Source of the DNA: Raja brachyura
Taxonomy: Eukaryota
Reading direction: 5' to 3'
Length of the DNA stretch: 64,000 nt
NCBI GenBank assembly: GCA_963514005.1
Contig: OY740818.1
Location: forward strand, 15,996,001-16,060,000
Under the pieces are notes generated by a model that had not been told where the DNA came from, ran no database searches, and saw only the letters and a list, made by a program, of their open reading frames with translations. This document shows positions 14,201 through 26,200 of this stretch, piece by piece (the stretch's first letter is position 1; each line of letters begins with the position of its first letter). The position numbers were made by a program, and so were the translations under genes.

Positions 14201-17200
14201 TTCGTAAAAACTTATAGTTCAAAGTTCAGATGTATGTAGTAATCCAGAATTTACGCTATGCACAAAGAATTTCTGCCACACCACAAAAATGAAAGAGATG
14301 ACTTGTACTCTGTCAATTCATGCTTCAATCATTCTAACTGAAAAGAAAATGCTGACCCAACACTTTCAAATAAATCTGTAAGGTCAGTTCAACAGTCAAA
14401 TTTAACTCGGAAAAAAAACATGGATCTTTTTTTCCCTCCCCAAGACCATGATTGTCACAGCATGAAATTTGAGTGCAAAATGAATGGTTTTGTGATTCTG
14501 ATGGGGAAAAGGATGCTGCTCCTATTGAAATCATCAATTATATTCTCATTTCTGACGACAGGCTTTTCTCTAATCTTTGACTTGTCAAGGAGGAGTAAAA
14601 ATAACTCATTGTAACTACTTAACATTAGGTTAGTGCTCAACAAAATATCACATCACAACGATTTGTTAATAAATCTCAGATTAACATCTAGCACAGAATT
14701 CACCGGAATAATAAGTAGCATTCCGAAGCTGTAATTCATGAAAGTTCAATGCTTATTCGCTGGTTTACGAGGCAATGAACAAGCAGGGAATCACAAAGAG
14801 GTGAAGGGAAACTGATGTAACTACAGTTTCAATACTAATGCCACTCCAAAATAATTTACATGTATTTTGAATGAACATGCTTTGCTTCTGCAAATCTTCC
14901 TGCTCACCAAACATAAATTGGATTATTGTTCATTGAACATTTCCACTCAATATGACCCCAATCTCCCAGAAGTAAAATGTTAGATTGCTTCAACTCATTC
15001 CGATAACCAGCGTGCCATCCTTGACTTTATGAAAAGGTAATTAATACATTTAATGGCAGTGTTAAAAGCTGAAAAGGTACAAAGTTCTAGGCAGCACACC
15101 CTGCTGATTGGAGTCAGCCTGTGGAAATAAATATTGGAACACAGGTTGAGTAATGGAAGAGAAGAATGTTGATTGGGTGGGGGAAATGCGACAATGAGTG
15201 TAAAATTAGTGTTTGGGCTGTTGGAAGAGCAGGAATGAAAATAGAGATACGTTTGCAATGAGCGACTGGCCAATAGTCTTTGATATGTTATTGTCACATG
15301 CACCAAGATACAGTGAAAAACTGTGTGTTCTATCCAGTCAAGTCAAATCATGCTATGTATGACTACAATCAAGTCCTACACAAGTATGCAGGTACTGCAA
15401 AGGGAAAAATACTAGAGTGCAGAATATGTTACAGAATTGCAACATTACAGTCCCAGAGAAAAAAGCCCAATGTCTGCAAATATGTAGGTTGGGAGATCAG
15501 GACTACACCCTAACTTATGGGAGGATCGTCCAGTACTCTTATGACGGAGGGGAAGTAGTTGTTCCCGAATCTGGGGGTATGTGCTTTCAAGCTTCTGTGT
15601 CTTCTGCCCGTAGGGAGAAGAGTGAATGACCGGAGTTAAAAAGGTTCTTAGTTATGTTGGCTGCATTCCCGAGGCAGTGTGAAGTGTAGATCAAGAGCAT
15701 TTAACTGTCAGATGGAGTGGATGGTGGGGAACTGGTTATTGAGACAGGTCACTTTATTTTTCTTAGGGATTGGAATGATGCAGGTTTCCATTAAGCAGAT
15801 TGTGATATTAAAATTGCACGCCAATGAACTGGCTGGTTTTTTCACCAATATCTTCAATCTCTCGCTTCAACAGTCTACTTTCCCTAGTTGCTTCAAAGAA
15901 AGTACATCATTCCAGTCCCCAAGGAAAATGACCTGTTACAATGATTACTGCACAGTAGCTTATTGCAACAGTATCTCAACACTTCTATTGCTGCTCTTTC
16001 AATAGCCAAATACTAATTTTACAAATTTCAACTTGTCTCATTTTTTCCCCACCCAGTCAACGTTCTTCTCATTTATTACTCATCCTGTGTTGTTACAATA
16101 GTTTTTCCACAGGCTGACTGTAATCACTAGGGTGTGCTACCTAGAACTTTGTACCCTTATAGTTTTTAAACACTGCAATTAAATTTATTAATCACCTTTT
16201 CGTAACAATCTACACAGCCAACTTCGCCATTTTTTTGTTCCCTCCCTCTTTGTGCAGATCAATCCTAAAAATAACATTTTGTTTTCTCCTAGTTATAATT
16301 GAGTATTTCCAAGGACAATTAACAGCCTTGGTCAATGCATGGGCATTGCATGATGGGCATTGCATGATGGGCATTGCATGCTTTCAGAGCATTTGCAACA
16401 AGAACATTTATTCAACGTGTTTAATATATTTTCCCATACTTGCACGAGTACAAATTTTCAGTAAAATGTTCTGCATTCCACTGGAATGTTTCTTAATATC
16501 AAAGGATAATACAGTCAACAATTTTGTTCAAAGCAAAAAGCATACTTGTGCACCAAGTCTCCCAATAGTTATCCGAATTAGTGTACTTCAGACATCACAA
16601 GCTTCATGAGTAAATGCACTGTGTTCCGACAATTAGGGTCTGGATGAACAGGGTTAAGTTTGGAGGGTTTCAAGGACCATTAACTAAAATTAATCTGAAT
16701 CATGCCCATTTTAAAAAAAAAATCCGCCCATTATTCTCACAAGACTGCATGAATAACAAGCCTCTCCTTGATAGACCATTCTCAATTGCTTTAGTAAAAA
16801 ATGGTATTACCCCATGTTCGTAAAATATTATCGTCTATGTAGTGAAGTTACTCCCACAACAGAGATGAGGATTTCTACCAACTATCAAGATGTATTTATT
16901 CCTTATTATTCCATGGATTAAAAATGTCTTTCCTTCTCAAAAAACAAATATGGCCCTGCCCATCATGTACGAGGACTATTAACAGATTCCTTTTTGTCCG
17001 AACGTCTGTGCACCATGAAGTTAGGAACCTAAAGGGGGCAATTTAAGCCATACTTTCTCCCACCAATATCATCATCTCATTTTACTATGTGTTGGGATTT
17101 ATTTTACAAAAAATGTACATGAGCTTGTCTGTCAAAATAATGTCTTCATCTTTTTGCTTGGAAAAAAATATTTCTTTATTTCATAGAACATCACAACGAG

Positions 17201-20200
17201 CATAATTAGCCATAGGCATTACTGCATTTGTAAATGTCACCTCACATATTCACCATACTTTAACAGTGGGAAGTAGTTCTGGAGGAAATAATTACCTCTA
17301 TCATGGCTTTGGGCAAAAGCTCGGCACGGAAAAGTTGCAGCATCGCGTCCATAATGTTCTTCCACCCCTCTCTAAGAATGTCGCCATGACGATGTGACAA
17401 ATTAAACACCGTCTTGGCTGCCAGTTGAGCTTTCGGATTGCTACCAAAAACATTTGGAAGATTCTCTACCGACTGCAGGAAAAGAGCACAATACAGTTCA
17501 TTAACAGCAAAGCAGGACAGCTAGTTGCAAATTTGAACAATGTAGCTCGTGATATAATAAACTGACGAGCAGATTATATATAACAAGTGGATAAAATACA
17601 TCTTGGTGCTATGTCTTTTTGAGATTATACATTATGCAACATCATATTATTTAATGATATTAAATAATGAAAGGGGCAATGTAAATCTGTTGTTCCCCAA
17701 AGTATGAACTGTTACATTCTTCGTTAAAATCTAAACAAAACACTCGAGTCATTTCAAAAATAAAACATAAATGGCAAGGTTTCTTCACCCTCAAAGCTAG
17801 CTGAACTCGCCTTCCTGTGACAGGGCGAATACTTTCCATGGTTCAGAACAAATCTTCTTGCTACCTAATGATATTCTAAATTCATGCAAAATACCTGTTT
17901 TTAACAAAAATTAAATCTTGGAGGGCAGTGAGAAAAGGAATTGTATTTTAAATGATCTTGCAGTTCACCATGCCCACAACAGCTCTAGGACCCTTTAAAT
18001 TCCAGTCGTGCCAACGAGAGTGGTGTGTACCCATTATACTGATCCAAGAGATTCAAGATTATATCCCAATGTTATATTGCGACAGATCTGTACCAAACAG
18101 TATGGAAGCCCTGGGTCAAGAGTTGGATAAATGCTTGGACTCAATAGAGAGGACCTGGCTCAACTAGGTACCTGGTGGCATGACCCCAGGGCCTTCTGCA
18201 ACCAGGAAGTGGGTCTCAGGGCAATGCTGAAGGCACTTCCCATGACCACCAGCCAACAGAAGGCTTCAGAAAAATTAGTTGGGGCACTGTTGGAGATTTC
18301 TAGTCCTCTGTTGTTTTAAGAGAAAACTGACATCCCACATTGATGCCAAACAAGGCTGTTTTCTTTTCAAACACAGAATGTTCCGTACAACACTGAACTG
18401 TTTAGAATCCTATGTCTAAAAGATGCATGTCATGATATTATACTTCAGGTGGTTCGGAAAATACTCATGAATAATGGACACAATAATTTAATCAACTGCT
18501 AATAATCACATGAGGAATTAAGAGGTTTGAATGGGATGAAATTATAAAAATTACATTTTATATTTCTGCAAACAAATTCTTCATTGCAGAATTTATCCCC
18601 CCAAAGAAAGCAGATTTTATTTAAAAAATGCTAAGACAGTCTCAGGAGTTTTATGAAATAATTAAGTATTGCAAAGCACCGACCTCACTGCTAAGAGCTG
18701 TAAATTTGCACAGGGAAATAATAAGATTGTCAAACACATCACTTAGTCCATAATGAGCTGAAATCATGGCGCATTTCCTGCAGAGGAGAAAGGAAAATGA
18801 TCATTAACATAACAACTCAATATTGCTCGAACGACACAAAAGGTTAAAAAGCATTGAGTTATAATTTGATCTTACATTTATTGGTTGATGGTCCTAATAG
18901 GGTTTGTGTAATTTCAAGGAAATACAGGCATCGACAAATAAATTTGTTACAACTTCAGTGAACAATGTCGATGAGCACAGGTATAAGGAAACCCAAATTA
19001 ACCAGCTTTCTACTTTCTGAAATTATCAAAGTACTATTTTAAGAAAAATGACCAAGGGGAAAAACAAAAAAATCATGAGCTCATCCAAATTCATCCCAAT
19101 TGTTTTACTTGAGAGGCATTGATCACCAAAGTCATTCTAAATTATTGAAGATTAACTGCAGCTATGACTTTTAAATAACACTCAACAGAATGGGAATCAA
19201 GTTAAGAATAACCACCAAAGAAAGCCAACCCACATTAGAAAAAGCAATAAAGTTGATTCGTCAAAGATAACACTTTTGAACATGCGTCACTTTGTTGAAA
19301 ATCTTCATTTTGATATCGAACACACACAAAAACCTAGGCCATCACTATTCTGCACAGATTTAATTCCAATATGATTACACTCTTAGCATCCATGTTCTAT
19401 ACACATGGTCTGAAGAAGGGTCTCGACCCGAAACGTCGTCTATCTCCTTCGCTCCTTAGATGCTGCTGCACCCGCTGAGTTTCTCCAGCCTTTTGTGTAC
19501 CCTCGATTCTCCAGCATCTGCAGTTCCTTCTTTAACATTCTATACACACCCTTCTGCCAAGCATAAAACTTGTTTTCAATCAGAGATCTTTCCTGTACAC
19601 ATTAATATTAAAACATATAATTGATTAGCATTTGGTAATATTTTACCTGAATCCAGATATTGCCTTCTGTATTATTGTTTCATCTAAACTCTTGTCAAAA
19701 ACATAGGAAAGTGCAGCTATAGTGGGACCCCACGTCATGGTGAATAGGTCATGATCAAAGCTTCCTGGAGGCACATGGAGGAAGATGCCTTCTGACGAGC
19801 TCCCACGATTCAAAAGTACGTTCCATATATAGTTTTCTCTCACAAAACCCGTTTGTTCCTCAGGCATCACAATCTCATCATTCCTAAGGTATAACAATGG
19901 GTTTTTTTCAGATATTTCAATTGCACAGAGAGCTGTTATAACATTTGATTCTGTGAATTTAGTTTGAGTCTCTTTTTCTAATCTACACTTTATCCGCAAT
20001 GGTAAACTTATTACTTTCTTTAAATATTGCACATGAGGAAAACATATTCTGGTGACGTGCATTTTTGATTTTCTGTACCACTAAGTCAGATTTGGTCAGT
20101 AAATTAGGTATAGCTAACATTTCTGCAGTTCAAAAGAAATCCCCAAACAGAAATATGTTTCAACATCAAATTTGATCATAAAATCTAGTTTCTGTTAAAA

Positions 20201-23200
20201 TAAAAAAGCTATAATTACAAATGTAACATCTAATTACCACATTGTATGATTTTATAACCTTACCATCTCTTTAATCCCATTTGTCTTTTATTTCCCATTA
20301 GTTAGTATTTTGATCAACAGTAACAAACAAAAGTTAATTAATAAAGATTAGAAAGATATGATCAAGAAATACGAGTATTCCACCGAGTAAGTGTACCATC
20401 TGCTGTGATACCGAGTTACAAGATAAAAAACCAATTCCTCAGAGTTGCTCACAAGATTTGTTGATAGGGATCAACTTTTTCCTTATATAGATCACTCCAA
20501 CATGCCTTTCAGATTTCAGTCTCCAAGATAAATGGACCATATGTGCTGGTAAACATCCGAGAATCCCATTCAATAATAATAAATCAACTAATCGGTAGCA
20601 ATAAGCCAATAACCTTGGTCACCTGTTCACCTACAGCTGCTTTTGAATTGCTGTCTTTTTTGTTTTTGAATGTTAAAGCTTGTTTCAATGTCAACGTCTT
20701 TTACATTTGCAGTTTCCCAAATTCACATAAATGAGTATCCTGATGAGTAAATTATGCATCTCTCCAAAATAAGAGCAGCCAAATAGAAAGTAATTAATTG
20801 AATGCAAAAGTCTTTTGTTTGCTCAGAAAATGTGATCTTGATTAATAACTGCTTTGTTCTTTCTTTCTAGTTACTTTTGGAAACATGAAATGATCCCATG
20901 AATCACATACACTTTCCATTCATCACCTTTTTTTAATTTAAATTGGAGTTGTTTTAACACTGAATCCATGTAAAACTAACTTTAAATAATTAACATCATA
21001 ATTTCCCATAATAAAACAACCAAGAAAAATGTGGAAACTTTCTGGATCTCAGGCAGTTCGAGCTTAATCTTTGAACTAGCTAACCCACTGTTACCGTGAA
21101 CTAAAACATCTCTAAAGATCTTTTTGGCTCAAATTGGATAGACTGGATGTGGAGAAGATGTTTCCACTAGTGGGAGAGTATAGGAATAGAGGTAATAGCC
21201 TCAGAATTATAGGGCATTCCTTTAGGAAGGAGGTGAGAAGGAATTTCTTTAATCAGAGGGTGGTGAATCTGTGGAATTTTTTGCCACAGAAGGCTGTGGA
21301 GTCAATGGATATTTTTAAGGCATAAATAGATTCTTGATTAGTACGTGTGTCAGGGGTTATGGGGAGAAGGCAGGAGAATGGGGTTAGGTTGGAGAGATAG
21401 ATCAGCCATGATTGAATAGCGGAGTAGACTTGATGGGTCGAACGGCCTAATTTGCTCTCATCACTTATGACCTTAAATTCACTGCACATTTTTTAAATTT
21501 TAACTTGTGCCAATATTTAATAGAAGGCATTAATAATGTACCACCCGATAGATATTCCCATGTTTCCTGTGACAAGTGATACTTGCACGTCGTTTAAAAA
21601 TATTTTGAATATTGCCATGAACCAATCTCTGATTAAATATGATCATGCCAACAACAAATCAATGGAAATAAATTACAGGTTGAAACTCTCATCTGGGATT
21701 CTGTGACTCAATTCCAATGATCTGGCATGGCTTGAATCTGTAGCACAGATCTATACTAATTAACTAATTCTAAATAATAAATATCCAATATCTAAAATCA
21801 ACTAAGATCTGTACTAATCATTAACCTATCAGAGAAACACTTGCAATCTTAGCCAACAACGCTTCCAACTTGTGGAAGTATCGGGTTGTGTATAGTTCTC
21901 TCAGAACCCTTCCATGACCTGGGAAGCATCTGTTCAGAGGAAGGTGATCAGAGGACATTTCTGATGTCTGGGTCTTCTGTGATCTGGCACCAGTCTGGTC
22001 TCAAGGTTGCCAGATCAGAGAGTTTCAACCTGAAATTTTGATTAATTAACTCTATTCTGTCGCAATCATTTCCAAAACCTGAATTGCAAATATCGTTTTA
22101 TAAAATGAAGCACAGTTACTCACTGCCTGTAGCTTACTCAATCGGTTGTTATTAAAACTAAATATATTAAGGAAACTAAAGCTAACTAGGTGAAATATTT
22201 TTGTTAAACAAACTTACTTTATTCCATTGTAGATGTCTTCTAACATATCTTGGTCAAAATCTTTGGAGCCATTAACTCCTTTCAAATTTTTTTTGAATTG
22301 CTACAAAGGGAAAGACCACAAAGCAAATTATGATCAATTATGATCAAGAATTTATAGTATGATCGCATGATAATTAACAGCGCCTTGAATCAATAGAAAA
22401 AAACAAAAGAGTGGATGGAAAGACTAAAATCACAAATTCACAATGGCATTGAAAATAATCAATCACTATCCTTACTAAAATTATCATGAGATATAACTAC
22501 AGTGCTGGTACATATTTAAACATTCAGTTTATTAAACTGATTTCAGTGAATAGGTCAAGCAGACTATCTGATGAAACACAGTATGATCCATCGAATCTAA
22601 AGGGATTTAAAGGTTTATTTTACAGTGAACATATAATTACTGTTGACTTTTGCCAAAAGGCTTGTTTCACTTCACGTTTTAAAAGGTTGACTTTGACACA
22701 TCAGTAAAATGTAAAGTTTCTTAATTCAGAAAGTAATTAACATTTTATTTAAAGGCATAATTAATTACATTCCAAAATCAGGACAAACCCTTTCTATCAA
22801 TATGAAGTTCAGAAGCTATATCCTAAAATGTCCCATTTCTAAAAACCGTTACTTTAAATCGGTTTATGGAACTGTGATCCATGCAAATTTACTGCCCAAT
22901 GCTTATGCCAAAAGATTGATCGATTGTAATGGATTGGGTCCAAAACACATTGGCCTGAACATGGGAAAGGTATGATATGAATGAGTTTTTAAACTGCAGC
23001 CAAATTCAGTTGAGAAAAAACATAAGAGATGCAGAAACACTGATTAATTTATGCCATTGAAATTAGGAAAATCAATTTTGAGAACCACACTGCAAAATAT
23101 GATCTTCAGTTTTTTTTTAAACCAGCTACATTGCAGTGTTATTAAATTAAATCTCAAGGCTTTCAAATTACCCTGCAACGAACAGGCATTAATTTATCAT

Positions 23201-26200
23201 TAATGTTGAGAAGTATTGCATGCCTAACTGCTTTAAACCCAAGTCATTAATAGGAGTGATTTCTATTATGGCAACGGCAACAAGATACCAATTGGTTAAG
23301 TGGTCCTTAATATCTTAATTAAACATCAAACCCTTAGGGGATATTTAAGGACCCTTTTGTTAAAATAATAATAGCAATTTAAAATGGATCAGATAGGTGG
23401 CCTTAATCTGACATGATATGGTACTATTTTCTCAACAGCCTCACACACAAACTATAAAAATCAAGGCAGGGAATAATATTTAGCAGTCAATTAAAACAAT
23501 TTTATAATATATGCTGTACAGGAAAGTGATTATATTTTCAGTAACAAAGCACCTAACAAAGCACCAATATTAACAATTGCCACCATAATTTGTATTTTAT
23601 CAAAATAAAAACTAATAATGCTGAAGACGTCAAACACGGTCAAAATGTGGCAACATTGAAGCCATGCAAGTGGTCATCATTGAACCTTTCCAATAGGAGC
23701 TTTGACCACCTAACGTTGACATTTCGCTTCAGCACCATTGCTAAAACTCTCACCCTCAATACCAAATGGGGTCACCATAGTGATCAGAACCTTAACTGTG
23801 CCAGCTACATAAATGTGATTGTTTGAAAAGCAGGTTAGAAGCTGGGTGCCCTTGCAAAGGTGCATCACCTGACGACCCAACACCCTTTCACTACCAACCA
23901 GGCACAGGTTAATGTGGTAATAGCAAATGTTCTACACCTGATTGAGTATATTTCCAAAGTCAGCCATGCACAAAATCAAATGCTAATAATGAAAACTGTG
24001 GTAGAAGTGGTTTAAAAAAGAATATGTGCAGATTATGACATGATTACGATGACTCAATTATAAACGCTAATGACGCAGGTTTCATGTAGGCGTTGTGCTG
24101 AGATTGAACAGTAAACCCTTTCATCTGTGTCTTGTGTCTTTACATTCTTATTATTTCTGCAATTAATAATGCAATGTAATAGTGAGGGGTAAATATTTTC
24201 AAAACTGATTCACCAAAGCTCCTGAAATACCTACCTCAAGTGTCATTGGCACATTTTGCTTACGAACGTTGTGATTATGCTGATCCGTATTGAGCATTAT
24301 TACAGCATAAGCAAGTGCAAAGCAGGCATCGTTGTTAACAAATGGTGATCCATTAATTTTCTGCACAGAGTAAGAGACAAATGTAGAGATTTACCACTCA
24401 GTAAATGCGAAAAAATGGTTCAAATGTATAATTTTCAATTAGTATCAACGTGCAGATAACCAGGTGAATAAACGTTGAGAGACAAACATATACAAGTTTC
24501 CTCTTCTCCTTCCAGGGTGTCAATGACATTTTTTTTGATGACTTTTTGATTGCAACCAGGTGGAGTAACAGGGAAAAACAAATCTTACAACGAGAAAACA
24601 CATTCATTAAAATCTAAATCTAAATCCATATTAAAATTATTCAAAATCAATTCAAATTAAATGTTTTGTGAAATACTGCAAGCTCTTTTAAAATTATTAT
24701 CATCAGAATGAAAAAATTGAATTTATCGCCTCTGAATTAAAAGGCCATCAAAATATTTTCTCAGTTTTCCCCAAATCTTTTGCATTATTACTCTCAGCTA
24801 AGACTATAATGTTCAATAATATATCATGTATCGTCTTTCTGCTGACTGGATAGCACACAACAAACTTTTCACTGTACCTCTGTACACGTGACAATAATAG
24901 TCAAAGTCAAACAAACTTTATTGTCATTTAGAAATACATCGATGTATGCAGTCCCAAACGAAATTCCGTTGCATTTGGCTCCCTGTGCAACATGATAATT
25001 AACAGAAGGATAAACATGGATAAAATGGATAAATAGACAACGGTGGCAGCCCATTACATGGCATTCAGGAGTCTGATGGCTCGTGGGAAGAAGCTGTTGC
25101 AGAACCTTGATGTTCTGCTCCTTATGCTGCGATATCTTTTGCCCGAGGGCAGCAGAGTGAACAGTCCGTGATGGAGATGTATGGGGTCTTTTATAGTACT
25201 GCTGGCCTTAGACACGCAACGTTTGGTCGCAATATCCCCGATTGAGGGGAGAGAGGTCCCGATGATTTTTTCTGCTGTCCTCACAACTCTCTGCACTGAC
25301 TTCCAGTCAGAGGTTTTACAGTCCCCAAACCAGACAGAGATACAGCTGGTCAAAATACTCTCTATGGTGCCCCTGTAGAAAGTGGTGAGGATGGGATGGG
25401 GGAGGTGAGCTCTTCTCATCCGGCGCAGAAAGTGCAACCACTGCTGCGCTCTCTTAACTGTTGTTGAGATGTTATTTGACCAGGTCAGACTGTTAGTGAT
25501 CTGCACCCCCAGGAACTTAGTGCTACTGACCACCTCCACATCGCTGTCATTGATGTGAAGTGGTATGGGGCTGTGCCGGTTTTTCCTGAAGTCGACGATG
25601 ACCTCCTTTGTTTTTTCGACATTCAGGATCAGGTTGTTCGTATGGCACCAGTCCACCAGTTGTTTCACCTCCTCCCTGTAAGCCAGCTCATTGTCGTCCC
25701 TGATGAGGCCCACCACTGTTGTGTCATCTGCGTAATAAACTAAAACTACAGATAAAATACCCTTCTGTTCTCCACCAAAGCTGCAATTAAATCAAGAGAA
25801 CACGTTCATGAGTGTCTCTTGTTGTAAAGCATCTCTTAGTAGCACAGGGACTAGCTTTCCACAGCGGGAACATTTACCACTCTTAAAATATAACCATGGA
25901 TCTCCAATCGCTGCTACTAATAATTAATTTAGCAGAAATCTGCCAACAATCATTCTGCAAGGTACACCAACAGCAGAGACGAATATAAAATATCCTATAG
26001 CGGAGCAAGATAGATCACTCCTGCTAAATGCAATGGGCTGACGTTTAGTACGCAACGGAACGGAACGTGGGCCTTTTTTTCATCCATTTCTGTGACCCGA
26101 CCCGCAGTGTAATTAACAGTTTGTGTTAATAAATTAAAATTCTGAAAATGGGAAGATTTTTACCAAGTAACTTTTATTTTTACGAGGATATTTCCGAAAC

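Noticed and set aside
16339-16380. TGCATG-containing 14-bp tandem repeat as an RBFOX array
   Set aside because: TGCATG is on the plus strand; the GBF1 transcript reads CAUGCA there, which is the wrong orientation
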